From Alphaproteobacteria bacterium (GTDB taxonomy: Bacteria > Pseudomonadota > Alphaproteobacteria > Bin95), in assembly GCA_965202745.1 (NCBI GenBank), contig CBDBCB010000022.1, positions 239,835-303,834 on the forward strand: 64,000 nucleotides of DNA, written 5' to 3'. The position numbers were made by a program, and so were the translations under genes. The notes beneath the pieces were generated by a model. That model searched no databases and was not told where the DNA came from. It was given only the letters and a program-made list of their open reading frames with translations. Positions 1 to 10,108 of this stretch are shown here, piece after piece. Each line of letters starts with the position of its first letter. Within the stretch, counting starts at the first letter, position 1.

Positions 1-1112
1 CGAGCAAGGATTTCACCGGCTCCGTCCTGGTTGTAGAGATGGACCCGACCTACGAATTCGCTTCCACCAGCCGCACCAACAGCTGCATCCGCCAGCAATT
101 CTCCAGCGAGATGAACATCCGCATCTCGCAATTCGGTGCGCAGTTCATCAAAAGCTTCCGGGAACAATTGGGCGGCGATCCAGAGGTGCCGGACATCACG
201 CTGCAAAGCTTCGGCTACATGTACCTGGCCGGCAACGAGGAATTTGCAGAGACACTGCGGGAGGCTCAAGCCCTGCAGGCTTCCCTGGGGGCTGCAACCC
301 GGATTATAACGCCGGACCAGATCGCAGAGGAATATCCCTTCTATAATCTGGACGGCATCGTCCTCGGCTCGCACAATCCGGTGGACGAGGGCTATTTTGA
401 CGGCGGCACCATGTTCGACTGGTGGAAGCGCAAAGCCCGCCAGAACGGCGTGGAGTATGTAACCAACCAGGTTGTTGCCATCCAGCGCAACGGCGCACGC
501 GTCGAAAGCGTCACCCTGAAATCAGGCGAAGCCATTAACGCCGGCACCATCGTCAACTGCTCCGGCCCGCGGGCCAACCTCACCGCCCAAATGGCCGGCC
601 TGCATGTACCGGTTGAGCCGCGGCGGCGGCCCACCTTCGTCTTCGATGCAGCAACGCCGTTGGACCGCGACCTGCCGCTGACCATCGATCCCTCAGGGGC
701 GCACATGCGGACTGACGGCCGCTACTATCTTTGCGGCTTTCCCCCGGCGCATGATCCGGCAGCTGCCTTCGACGATTTCGAGATGGACCATGATGTCTGG
801 GAGGAAAAGCTATGGCCGGTCCTGGCCCACCGGATACCAGCGTTTGAAGCGATCAAGGTCATCAATTCCTGGATGGGCCACTACGCCTATAACACCTTGG
901 ATCACAACGCGATTATCGGTCCGCATCCGGAGGTTACTAACTTTGTCTTCGCCAATGGCTTCTCCGGCCATGGCTTTCAGCAATCGCCCGCCATGGGCCG
1001 TGGTGTTTCCGAAATAGTCGCTTACGGCGAATTCCGCGAACTGGACCTCTCGCCGCTCGGCTACGAGCGGATTGTCCGCAACGAGCCATTGGTTGAGAAA
1101 GCGGTTATCTAA
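1..1112 (+). CDS. FAD-dependent oxidoreductase (DAO family), 5' end outside window
   Basis: ORF is open to base 3 and lacks the N-terminal GxGxxG, so the start lies upstream. C-terminal 'GFSGHGFQQSPAMGRGVSEIV' is typical of DAO/sarcosine-oxidase-beta-like enzymes. Stop is TAA. Confidence 0.75.
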   Translation, partial: SKDFTGSVLVVEMDPTYEFASTSRTNSCIRQQFSSEMNIRISQFGAQFIKSFREQLGGDPEVPDITLQSFGYMYLAGNEEFAETLREAQALQASLGAATRIITPDQIAEEYPFYNLDGIVLGSHNPVDEGYFDGGTMFDWWKRKARQNGVEYVTNQVVAIQRNGARVESVTLKSGEAINAGTIVNCSGPRANLTAQMAGLHVPVEPRRRPTFVFDAATPLDRDLPLTIDPSGAHMRTDGRYYLCGFPPAHDPAAAFDDFEMDHDVWEEKLWPVLAHRIPAFEAIKVINSWMGHYAYNTLDHNAIIGPHPEVTNFVFANGFSGHGFQQSPAMGRGVSEIVAYGEFRELDLSPLGYERIVRNEPLVEKAVI

Positions 1113-2118
1113 CCGGTGCCAGCGGCTTTAGGTTGACCAACCGCACCGGCCCGACCCAAAGCCCGCCCCCCCGCAGGTCCAGGCTGGTATTCAGTTCATT
1201 CTCGCCGCTGGCGTTGCGGCGCGAAAACAATCCCAGGCCCATCTGCGCATAGCCGATCTGCTCCGGTTTCACCCAACCTTCCCGCGTGGCAATGGTCAGG
1301 ATCGCTTCAGGATTGGTAACTTGCAGCTTTAGCTTTCCCGCCGGACGCATCGCCGTGTCGAGAGCGATCCTGCCACTGGCCGCCGCCTGAAGTGCGCCGA
1401 ATATGATCTCGGATCGCTTGACCGACAGGGTGCCGCCCGCCTTTTGCCACTGGTTTACACCGGACGGCGTCAGGTTCTCCGGAATGGGCGAGATGATACC
1501 GGCGGCGGTGGCTCTTTCCACAAAGCGCCCGAACGCCTGTGACTTGGACAAGGCCATCTGTGTCACACGCACCTGGAAATCTGCTGACTGCCTGTCCAGC
1601 GGCATCAACACTTCGGCGCTTACGGCGTTCGCCTCGCCATCTGCCGGCACGGGAGCATCAGTACGCCAGGCAACATTCTCCAGGTTCGCCACCATCCGCC
1701 AACCTGGCTCTGCCGCCCATGGCTCCACCACTCCCCTGGCTGATTGCAGGGTATAGGCCCGGCTACCGCCGCCGCCCGCAGCCTGCCAATGCCAGGATTG
1801 CGGTTGCGTTGCAGCATAGGCCAGATGTTGGGGCCGCCAGGCGGCAGCCTCTACCACCAAAGCCGGGATCTGCCCCTCAAGGCTGCCTTCGGGCGCGCGG
1901 TGGACAACCGTGATACCGTTCAGGTGCCAGCGGACATCAAAAGGAAAGCCCGACCGCTGCCGCTCCGCCACCTGAATGACCGTGCCATCCTTGGCAGCCT
2001 GGGCGATCATTCGCTCAATCTGCCGATCGCCAAAGCTTGCGATGAACAGCCACCAAACGGTTGAGCCTACTGCCACGACGAGCGCCGCCAATCCCAGGAC
2101 CGTCAGCCAAATTCGCAT
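1105..2118 (-). CDS. DUF2125-like membrane-anchored protein
   Basis: 337-aa ORF with an N-terminal hydrophobic helix (LTVLGLAALVVAVGSTVWWLFIA). It overlaps the upstream gene tail-to-tail. Family call is from memory of alphaproteobacterial DUF2125 proteins. Confidence 0.55.
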   Translation of the reverse strand: MRIWLTVLGLAALVVAVGSTVWWLFIASFGDRQIERMIAQAAKDGTVIQVAERQRSGFPFDVRWHLNGITVVHRAPEGSLEGQIPALVVEAAAWRPQHLAYAATQPQSWHWQAAGGGGSRAYTLQSARGVVEPWAAEPGWRMVANLENVAWRTDAPVPADGEANAVSAEVLMPLDRQSADFQVRVTQMALSKSQAFGRFVERATAAGIISPIPENLTPSGVNQWQKAGGTLSVKRSEIIFGALQAAASGRIALDTAMRPAGKLKLQVTNPEAILTIATREGWVKPEQIGYAQMGLGLFSRRNASGENELNTSLDLRGGGLWVGPVRLVNLKPLAPVR

Positions 2119-2122
2119 TGCG

Positions 2123-2854
2123 CTATCCCCTTAGCCGCGCGGGCAGCGTATTCAACGCCTCGCCCAGCTTTTGCTCGAAGTCCCGGCGTTTCAGCCCCGG
2201 CTCAATCGGCTGCCCGAAATGGACGTGTATCGTGCCGGGACGCCGCAAAAAGCTGTTCCGCGCCCAGTACCTGCCGGAATCCAGGGCAACCGGCACCACG
2301 GGCAGCCCCATTTGAGAATAAAGGGCAGAGACGCCTGGCCGGATCGGCGCGCTTTCGCCGGGCGCGACCCGCGTGCCTTCCGGAAAGATCACCAGACTCA
2401 ACCCGGCTCCGGTCCGCTCCTTGGCTTGTGCCAGCATCTGGCGCAGCGCTGCCGTGTTGGCAGCGCGGTCAATGGCGATCTGACCAGCACGGGAGAGGTA
2501 CCAGCCAACCACCGGCAGGCGCAGCAATTCCTGCTTGATGACAAAGACCGCATCCGGCCGGATCGCCGGGAACAGGAATGTCTCAAAGGCGCTTTGGTGC
2601 TTGGCAGCGATCAACACGGGGCCGCCGGGCAGGTCGCCATCCAGCCGGTAGTTCAGACCGGCGATCACCCGCGCCAGCCACAACACAGCGCGTGACCAGA
2701 CCGTGCCCATCCAACGCGACCAGCGCCGCGGCCCGGCCAACAAGGGCAGACCCGCAATCGCCAGAACGACCGTCACGCAGAAAAAGCAAACGTGAAAAAC
2801 GAATGACCGTATGGCCAGCATAGTGCTCCTAACCCTTACTACACCCAGGCCCAA
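2123..2854 (-). CDS. 1-acyl-sn-glycerol-3-phosphate acyltransferase (PlsC family)
   Basis: Acyltransferase motifs 'AAKHQSAFE' (HxxxxD/E-like) and 'IFPEGTR'. Stop is TAG, so amber is used as a true terminator here. Confidence 0.75.
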   Translation of the reverse strand: MGLGVVRVRSTMLAIRSFVFHVCFFCVTVVLAIAGLPLLAGPRRWSRWMGTVWSRAVLWLARVIAGLNYRLDGDLPGGPVLIAAKHQSAFETFLFPAIRPDAVFVIKQELLRLPVVGWYLSRAGQIAIDRAANTAALRQMLAQAKERTGAGLSLVIFPEGTRVAPGESAPIRPGVSALYSQMGLPVVPVALDSGRYWARNSFLRRPGTIHVHFGQPIEPGLKRRDFEQKLGEALNTLPARLRG

Positions 2855-3381
2855 AGCAGCTTACCATATTCCCCGACAATCAGCCGCCAGGCATCAAGGT
2901 TCCGCCACCATCCATCCCGTGCCAGTTCAGCGGATGAGACCGGATGGGCAATCACCTCTACATCCGGCATGGCACGGCGGAACAATTCCAGACTGCGCGG
3001 CATGTGATACCACGAAGTCACCAACCGCAGCCGGGTCAGCCCATGTTTCCTGGCCCACGCGGAAGCTGACGCGGCATTGCCTTCCGTATTCGGCGCGATG
3101 TAGTCCAGGTCCACGCAACACGGATCTACCTTGCGCTTCGTTTCCGCTGCCAAGGCTGCCAGCGTTGTATTGGCATGGACGCCGGTAATCAGCAACCGCT
3201 TGCCGCCCGCCGCCAACAGGTCAAAGCCCGTCGCCACCCGCTCTGCGCCGCCGGTTGGCACCACGATGCCTTCATTCGTCGAAACCGGCGGCGGCGGCCC
3301 GTCATCCGGCAACTTCATGATGAACACCAGCAGTCCGATGAACCACAGGGCGACAACCAGCTTCAATAGTTTGGAGAGCAC
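2839..3381 (-). CDS. YdcF/ElyC/SanA (DUF218) family protein
   Basis: 180-aa ORF with an N-terminal TM helix followed by a DUF218-like core ('VVPTGG...LLITGV...'). Confidence 0.55.
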   Translation of the reverse strand: MLSKLLKLVVALWFIGLLVFIMKLPDDGPPPPVSTNEGIVVPTGGAERVATGFDLLAAGGKRLLITGVHANTTLAALAAETKRKVDPCCVDLDYIAPNTEGNAASASAWARKHGLTRLRLVTSWYHMPRSLELFRRAMPDVEVIAHPVSSAELARDGWWRNLDAWRLIVGEYGKLLWAWV

Positions 3382-3394
3382 CAGCCGGACCGCC

Positions 3395-4204
3395 CTATAA
3401 CAAGCACTGCAGCCGCCGCTTGGCGGTCATGCTGGCAACGATAACCGTCAGCCCGATCAATCCGACCGGCACCGCGGCCAACCATATCCGGTCCGTACTC
3501 TGCAGGCGCAGCACCGGCATGAAGGCATCATCCATCTCCGCCGACGCCTGCCCCAGCGCCAACAGGAACGATGCCGCCAGCGCAAAACCCAATACCGCCG
3601 CGACCGCCGCCGATATTGCCAACTGCCGGTGCATTGTCATGCGGCTGAGCGTCAGGAACACTGCCGTAAGGTCCGTCACCGTCAGCACCAGGGCCAACTG
3701 CAAGGCCAGTCCGCCCCTAAGCCACGCCGTATAATTCACCAGCCGCGCCCGCCAGATACGGTGGTCGTCAACCACCGCGCCCTCTGCTGTCGCCTGTATC
3801 ACCTCGATAATGTGCTTGGTTTCCGCCAAGCTGCCATCGCGCAAGCGCACGTGCAGCACCCGCGGCAACGGCAGCTCCTTGGCGCTGGCGGTTCCGCCCA
3901 GCCATGGTGCCAACAGGCCGACCACCTCATCCACCGACAACAGTTCCGCCTCTTCGACGCCCGGCTCTGCCCGCAGCTTCAGTTGCAGGGCCCGCGCGCG
4001 CAAGGCATCGGTGCCCGCATGGTCGCTCGGCGCAATCTGCACGGTGATGACTCCCGGCGTGGTCTCGTCCCAGCGATCAAGGGTACGGTCCAGCGCCAGC
4101 AACGCTGCGAACGACAACGTCGCCAGAAACGTCGCCAAACCCAATACCCAAGGCAGGTATCGGCTAGAGGCATCCGCGCAGAAAATACGTCCATGATTGC
4201 GCAT
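3395..4204 (-). CDS. ftsX: cell division permease FtsX
   Basis: 269 aa. N-terminal TM helix, periplasmic loop and C-terminal TM helices. Sits immediately downstream of ftsE in operon order. Confidence 0.8.
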   Translation of the reverse strand: MRNHGRIFCADASSRYLPWVLGLATFLATLSFAALLALDRTLDRWDETTPGVITVQIAPSDHAGTDALRARALQLKLRAEPGVEEAELLSVDEVVGLLAPWLGGTASAKELPLPRVLHVRLRDGSLAETKHIIEVIQATAEGAVVDDHRIWRARLVNYTAWLRGGLALQLALVLTVTDLTAVFLTLSRMTMHRQLAISAAVAAVLGFALAASFLLALGQASAEMDDAFMPVLRLQSTDRIWLAAVPVGLIGLTVIVASMTAKRRLQCLL

Positions 4205-4207
4205 GAC

Positions 4208-4978
4208 CTATCCCTCATCCGCAGCAGGCGGCGCGGCAGCAGCCCGGACCGGCGGCGCAACCGGTGCCAGCTTGCCATCTGCCAGCCGGTATTCAGGGCA
4301 GCCCAAGCCCTGCACCAAAGCCCGGTCATGGGTGGCGATCACCACGGTTGTGCCTTCCCGGTGCAGCGCCTGGATCAGGCCGATCAGACGCATGCCGATT
4401 TCCCCGTCCACGCTGCCTGTCGGCTCGTCCGCCAAAAGCAGTTGCGGCCGCCCGATGACCGCACGCGCAATGGCAACACGTTGCTGCTGACCGCCGGAAA
4501 GGGTTGGCGGCAACCAGTCCAGCCGGTCGCCCAGGCCAACCCAGTCGAGCAGTTCCTTGGCAAACGACAATCGCTCAGCCGGTGCCGTGCCCGCCACCTG
4601 CAGGGGCAGCATGACGTTTTCCAGCACGCTCAAATGGTTCATCAACCTGAAGTTTTGGAACACCATGCTGATCTGCCGCCGCAGCGCAGCCCTTTCCGGA
4701 CGCTCCAGGCTGGCAACGTCATGGCCCAGCACACGCAGCGTGCCCGCGCTCGGCTCCAGCGCCAGGCCGATAATGCTGAGCAGCAAAGTCTTCCCCGCCC
4801 CACTGTCGCCCGTGATAAAGGTGAACGAGCCCAGTGCCAGTGCGAGCGTAATATCCTCCAACGCGGCGACCCCGGCTGCATACTGCAACGAAATCCCATC
4901 CATGCTGACCACGGCGGCCGGCGGCTGTTCCGCTGCCGCAATAGTGGTTGCACCGGTCAATGCCCCGGTTTGCATCTC
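4208..4978 (-). CDS. ftsE: cell division ATP-binding protein FtsE
   Basis: Walker A 'GDSGAGKT', ABC signature 'LSGGQQQRVAIARA' and Walker B 'LLLADEPTGSVD'. The start was chosen at the internal Met (MQTGALTG); the upstream part of the 272-aa ORF is likely non-coding. Confidence 0.85.
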   Translation of the reverse strand, partial: EMQTGALTGATTIAAAEQPPAAVVSMDGISLQYAAGVAALEDITLALALGSFTFITGDSGAGKTLLLSIIGLALEPSAGTLRVLGHDVASLERPERAALRRQISMVFQNFRLMNHLSVLENVMLPLQVAGTAPAERLSFAKELLDWVGLGDRLDWLPPTLSGGQQQRVAIARAVIGRPQLLLADEPTGSVDGEIGMRLIGLIQALHREGTTVVIATHDRALVQGLGCPEYRLADGKLAPVAPPVRAAAAPPAADEG

Positions 4979-5124
4979 CGTTTCAGGCATAAGTGTGACA
5001 CATCCCGCATACCAGTGGCGCAACATCGCGAAAACCGATACATTCCGAAGCGATCATTCGCCGCTGATTTTCCGCTGCAAGCGCTGTCATTCGTTAATCC
5101 AAGGCCACAGGAAACCGAGGCACC

Positions 5125-5976
5125 ATGGAACTTGCCTGTCCCAATTGCGAAACCCAGTTCTTTGTAGCTGACAATGCCATCGGGCCCAATGGCCGGAAGG
5201 TTCGCTGCAGCGTGTGCGAGCATGTCTGGGAAGCCAAAAACGCGCCGGCCGCCAAGCCTGCTGCGACTCCCGCCGCTACGGTACCCGCTGCACCGGCCCA
5301 GCCTGCGGCACCGGCGAGAACCATATCGGACGACGAATTTCACTGGCCTGCCGAAACTGCCAGCGAATCAGCCACGGCTGCCGTGCCAGCCGCCGCGGCG
5401 GCAAAGGCCGAAGCAGACGCCCCGAAACCACAACCGGCTGCGCCTAAGCCTGCGCCCGCGCCCGCGGCTGAACGCCAAGCTTCGACGTCGGCCTATTCCT
5501 CGCCCCTGGAAGCAGCCATCGGGCCCCTGCCCAAGCAGCGGCGCAGTGGCGGCAAGCGCATGATCCTGGGTATCATCCTGCTGATCTTCGTCGGCCTGAC
5601 CTATGGCCTGCGCGACAAAATCGTTGCAGTGCTGCCCCAAACCGCTGCGCTTTACGAGATGGCAGACATTCCTCTTGGCGCACAGCAGACAGCGCTTTCA
5701 GTGACCGATGTTCGCTTTACCGGCGTGGGTATCGGCGGCACGGCAATGATCCGGGTTACCGGCCTGGTGGTGAATGGCGGCAAAGCGGCAGCGGCTGCGC
5801 CAATGCTGGAAGTCACCCTGACCGGCACCGACGGAGCGCGCGCCATTCGCAGGAGCTTCGACCCGCAAATCGCGGCAGTCGAACCGGACCAGCCTGCGCA
5901 CTTCCAATATGATCTCAACGGCGACGTCAGCACCATTGGTAGCGCCGAGGTCAAGCTTGCGCCCGCAGGCAAGTAG
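5125..5976 (+). CDS. zinc-ribbon (MJ0042-type CxxC...CxxC) protein with Ala/Pro-rich linker and one TM helix
   Basis: N-terminal 'CPNCETQF...CSVCEHVW', an AP-rich low-complexity region and a TM segment 'ILGIILLIFVGLTYGL'. This is the usual alphaproteobacterial neighbour of ftsEX. Confidence 0.6.
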   Translation: MELACPNCETQFFVADNAIGPNGRKVRCSVCEHVWEAKNAPAAKPAATPAATVPAAPAQPAAPARTISDDEFHWPAETASESATAAVPAAAAAKAEADAPKPQPAAPKPAPAPAAERQASTSAYSSPLEAAIGPLPKQRRSGGKRMILGIILLIFVGLTYGLRDKIVAVLPQTAALYEMADIPLGAQQTALSVTDVRFTGVGIGGTAMIRVTGLVVNGGKAAAAAPMLEVTLTGTDGARAIRRSFDPQIAAVEPDQPAHFQYDLNGDVSTIGSAEVKLAPAGK

Positions 5977-6084
5977 GGTTTCTACCAGCCCCCAACTCTC
6001 TCTACTCCTCCCCGGCTGAAGCGCCGGGACCCAGAGCTTTCCCTCTAACTAAGGCGCATGGGGCGCTTCAAGCGCCGGCAGCAG

Positions 6085-6981
6085 CTACTCCGCAGCCCGA
6101 TCTTCGAACGTTTCAAAGAACCGCTGCTTCGTCGCCTTCTGGTTCTCATAGATCGAACCCTGATGCTTCGCAGCCGACAGTGGCAGGCGCACCGGCACCG
6201 GCTCCACCCGCGGCAGGCGGGTGGTGACGCCCCGGGCCATACGGCTCTCGTGCTCTTCGTAGCTACCCTTCATGCTCACCATCGGAAAGGCATCTGCCGC
6301 CGCGTACTCCGTCAGCAACAGGCGGCGTTGCCGGTTGCCGGTATTCATGGCCGAGCCATGCACCGCGCGGACATGATGAATAGTCATCGAGCCTGCAGGT
6401 CCCATAAGCATATGAGCCCCTGATACATCGCAGCCCTGGTCCGCCGGGTGAAACGCGCCACGGAAATAGCCGTCGGCATCATGGTGATCGTAGACCGGCC
6501 CCTTGTGACTGCCGGGCACGATCATCAGCGGACCGTTACTCTCGTCGCAATCATCCAGCAGGATGCCGGTTGCCAGAACATCGTCATTGGTGTGCGGATA
6601 GAACGCCCAATCCTGATGCCATTCCACCGGCGCGCCATAACCCGCCGATTTCATGTTCATCTTTGCGCCATACACCCGCCGGTTTTCGCCCAATAGCGGC
6701 ACCAGCACGTCGGTGATGTCGGTATCGCAGAACAGGTCCCAGCAGTAAGGGAAGTGCTTGTGCGGTTCCTTGATCCGGCGGACGCGCGGGTTCTTGGGGG
6801 AGTGGCTGTCTTCCAGGTCATAGACCGAATTGTGCTCGGCGACCTACGCAGCGTCGGCGATGATGCTTTCGGTCTCGGCACGCAAACGCGCCAGCTTTTC
6901 GGAGCTCAATACGCCCTCGACGACGATATAGCCCAGCTCGAAATACTGCTCGGCTTGTTGCTTGGTAAGCTGAATACCCAT
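6085..6981 (-). pseudogene. phytanoyl-CoA dioxygenase (PhyH)-family gene with in-frame TAG
   Basis: Minus-strand reading from ATG (RC of 6979-6981) gives 'MGIQLTKQQAEQYFELGYIVVEGVLSSEKLARLRAETESIIADAA*VAEHNSVYDLE...'. The stop (RC of 6844-6846) is in the same frame as ORF 6085..6708, which carries the 'WHQDWAFYP' HxD iron motif. Confidence 0.7.
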
Positions 6982-7033
6982 GGCCGTTTCTCCTTCAGGA
7001 CGGGCAAATACTAGCCCGTTCGCCTACTGCCCG

Positions 7034-8302
7034 CTATGGCAACGTTCCCAAATCGCGAAGATCTGTGCCAGCAGCCAACCGCAATTCGTTAATTGTGGCA
7101 TTAGTTGCAATCACCCGGTCATAGGATGCCCCCTCCGCCGTGGCTTTATCCACCAGAATGCGTTCCAGCGTCGGCAGTTGGGAATAGGCATAGCCCAGAT
7201 TGGCACCAACCAGCTTTTCCGCGTCGATGCCCGGGTCATAAATATCCAGGTCAAAGCCCGCGCCCAGAAGTTTCCGCGCCAGGTCAATGTTAGGGCTTTT
7301 GCGCAGGTCACCGGTACCCGCCTTGAAGGCCAGGCCCGCCAGCAGCACTTTCGCGCCCGGTGCCAGCCCCTCTGTCGCGTACTCGTACAGCCGATGTTTG
7401 TGCGCCTCGTTGGAACGGATGAGGCTGTCCACCAAATGCGTATTCGCCCCACAATCGGCGGCGATATACTGCAACACTTGCACATCATTGGGCAGGCACG
7501 AACCGCCAAACGCGCCGCCCGGCCGGGTGTAATAGGGCGAGATATTCAGCTTGGTATCCGACTTGAAAATCTCATGAACCTGGGTCGCTTGAATGCCCAG
7601 CGCCAGACAGACCCGGCCGATTTCGTTGGCGAAGGAAACCTTCACCGCATGCCAGGTATCGTCGACGAACTTGGTAAACTCCGCCTCCCGGTACCTGACA
7701 TAGAAGGTGGGTGCTTCTATATTGGCGTTCAACGTTTCCATCGCCGCGTTCGGCTTGCCATCCGCCGTGCCGATCACAACCTTCGGCGGCTCGAAATAAT
7801 CCTTCACGGCGGAGCTTTCCCGCAGGAACTCCGGATTTTAGACCACTTGCACCAAGCGATCGGTGGCATCCCCAAGCCGGGTGTTGAACATCGGCTTGAT
7901 CAGGTCCTCTATCGTCCCGGGCCGGATCGTGGAGCGGAACGCCACGGTCAGCGGCGTTTTTCGGTCGGGCTTCACCGCCGCCGCGATCTGGCGGGTCACT
8001 TCAATAATCTAGTGCATATTGTGTGAGCCATCGGGCGCCGACGGCGTGCCCAAGCACACGATGGCCAGGTCGGCCTCGTCCAAATGGCCATTGATATGCG
8101 TATCAGCGTGGATCAGGCCGTCTGCCAGGCCCTTCGCCAGCATTTCATCGACTCCGGGCTCCAGAATGGGTGAAGCGCCAGCCAGAATGCTGTTCATCTT
8201 GCCTTCGCTGACATCGATACCGACGACGCGATGTCCCTCGCTGGCGATGCAGCACGCGGCGGTGAAACCGACATAGCCCAGATCAAAGATCACTACTTGC
8301 AT
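7034..8302 (-). pseudogene. ugd: UDP-glucose/nucleotide-sugar 6-dehydrogenase with two in-frame stops
   Basis: The N-terminal Rossmann piece (8009..8302) and the catalytic/C-terminal piece (7034..7807) share one frame. A TAG (RC of 8009-8011) and a TAA (RC of 7838-7840) interrupt it. The TAA sits where the conserved Tyr of 'YNPEFLREG' is expected (read 'VV*NPEFLRESSAV'). Confidence 0.75.
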
Positions 8303-8496
8303 AAATCACCATTCCCGTAGTCACGAAGGGTATTGCTACCATCCAATGCTTATTCAATTGTTGCCAGCGGATATCTCCGACGCAGCAACCGGTGCTCGCC
8401 GTGGCCTATTGCTCGATCCAGTCCAAGCCGGCGGCCTGACGCAACGTCCAGCCCCAGCGCAGAATCCGGATTCTGACCAGGGTCAGCGCCGCCCGC

Positions 8497-8526
8497 CGCC
8501 GCTCGCCGCCGCTCGCCGCCGTCCCG
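8497..8526. repeat. 10-bp tandem direct repeat (cgccgccgct x2 plus a partial third)
   Basis: Read directly from the sequence: 'cgccgccgctcgccgccgctcgccgccgtc'. It is intergenic, between ugd and the IS256-family element. Confidence 0.6.
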
Positions 8527-8599
8527 CAACTTGTCGGAGGTCAGCAGAACCGGCAAATGAACGATGGTAGAGTCAAGCACCACATCTGGAGCTATGGCC

Positions 8600-9800
8600 G
8601 AAAGTTGGTGACGGCTTGATCAGGCGGCGTTTTGCATTTGTTTGATCCCGTCGATGAATGCAATGCCCTGGATTATCCCAGGCATGCGATTTGCGCCGTC
8701 GCGCTTTCGCCATTTGCCCTGCGCTGACATCAGGAGCCTGACCGCCATGGCGAGGGCGGTCTTTCGGCTCAGACAGCCTTTGGTTTTACCTGTCCGGTGA
8801 CACACCGTCGCGAAGGCGCTTTCGATGGGATGGGTGGTTCTGATGTGTTTCCACTGTTCTGCCGGGAAATCATAGAAGGCCAGCAGCACGTCACGGTCTT
8901 TGATCCATTTGGCTACCGCTTGTTCGTCTTTCACGCCGTAGGTCTCGATGAAGAAATCGCAGGCCGCCATGGCTTCGGCCTTCGTCTCTGCCTGCCAGAT
9001 GTCGTGCAGGGGGCCTTTGGCTTTCGCTTGCACCGATTGGGGCATTGCCTTCAGCCCATTGCCGGTTTTATGGAACCAGCAGCGCTGTTCTGCGGTCGCG
9101 CCGAAGACCGCGCGAAGGGCGGCCCAGAAGCCCAGTGCACCGTCGCCTACCGCGAGATCGGGCGCGTGATTGAGGCCGCGCCGCTTGAGGTCGAGCAGGA
9201 GCGCGCGCCAGCTTTGGGTCCTTTCGCGATAGCCGTCGGTCAGCCCCAGTATCTCCTTTCGGCCCCATTCATCCGCGCCGAGCAGCACCAGAACACATTG
9301 CTTTTCTTCCATCCTTGGCTGGAAATAGACGCCATCCGCCCAGACATAGACGATGCGCCGGGCGCTGAGATCGCGCTTCTGCCAGCGGTCGTACTCCTCC
9401 CACCAATCGGACTTCAGCCGCGAGATGGTGGGGGACGACAGGCCCGCCGCGTTCGGCCCGAGCAGCGCGGCCAAGGCCGCCTGAAAATCGCCCGTGGAAA
9501 TGCCGTTGAGGGAAAGCCAGGGCAGCAAGTCCTCGACGGACTTCGCCTTGCGCAGATACGGTGGCAGGATCGAAGAAGAGAACCGACCCTTCTCAGCCTG
9601 CCGATCACGATCCCGCCCGCGTGGCCCTTTCACGGGCACTGGGCCAATCCCGGTCATTCCCTCTCGTTCTGGCAGGTGAGCGTGACGAACGACCCGCGCG
9701 GGCCCCTCGGACGTCGTCTCATTGGAAAATGGCGCAAGCCATGCGCTCAACACTGTGCTTGCCTTTGCTGCTGTAGCTTTCTGCATGATTGTAGCAGAAG
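8600..9800 (-). mobile_element. IS256-family insertion sequence (boundaries approximate)
   Basis: Contains a 388-aa mutator-type transposase. It sits at the junction between GC-rich DNA and the low-GC sulfotransferase segment. Confidence 0.65.
8620..9786 (-). CDS. IS256-family (mutator-type) transposase
   Basis: 'ILPPYLRKAKSVEDLLPWLSLNGISTGDF', 'WADGVYF...' and 'WKHIRTTHPIESAFATVCHRTGKTKGCLS' are hallmark IS256/Transposase_mut motifs. Confidence 0.8.
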   Translation of the reverse strand: MQKATAAKASTVLSAWLAPFSNETTSEGPARVVRHAHLPEREGMTGIGPVPVKGPRGRDRDRQAEKGRFSSSILPPYLRKAKSVEDLLPWLSLNGISTGDFQAALAALLGPNAAGLSSPTISRLKSDWWEEYDRWQKRDLSARRIVYVWADGVYFQPRMEEKQCVLVLLGADEWGRKEILGLTDGYRERTQSWRALLLDLKRRGLNHAPDLAVGDGALGFWAALRAVFGATAEQRCWFHKTGNGLKAMPQSVQAKAKGPLHDIWQAETKAEAMAACDFFIETYGVKDEQAVAKWIKDRDVLLAFYDFPAEQWKHIRTTHPIESAFATVCHRTGKTKGCLSRKTALAMAVRLLMSAQGKWRKRDGANRMPGIIQGIAFIDGIKQMQNAA

Positions 9801-10108
9801 GTAGCTTGCTTGATCTTGTCTTCGTAACGTTTTAGCTCACTCGGTTTGTCTTTAAGTTCTTCACGTATTTCTAACTATTCTTGCCATTCAACATCTATTT
9901 GTGCGTACTCATCTTCATTTAGCCAAGTCTGTAGCTGACGGTTTTGCACGTTTTCTTCATGCTTCAACTTTGTAGCAATCGCTTCTAGCTTTGCTAGTTT
10001 GGATTTTTCTTCTTTTGTAAGTTCTTTACGACGTGGATTATTCTTTTCTAAGCGTTGTTTCAGCAATTTACGAAAATCACCACTTGATTTCTTTTGACTG
10101 TCGTACCA

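Noticed and set aside
3629-5167. Large ORFs 3629..5167 (512 aa), 6980..8026, 17248..18177, 57369..58751 and the first ~135 aa of 16910..18844
   Set aside because: They are antisense shadows of ftsX/ftsE, ugd, the repeat-protein gene, the molybdopterin oxidoreductase and terS/DUF1640 respectively. The sequences are Arg/Pro/Gly-rich, low-complexity and typical of GC-rich opposite-strand frames.
8497-8526. GC-rich direct repeats as a possible CRISPR array
   Set aside because: It is only a 10-bp unit repeated about 2.8 times in tandem with no spacers, and no cas genes are present.
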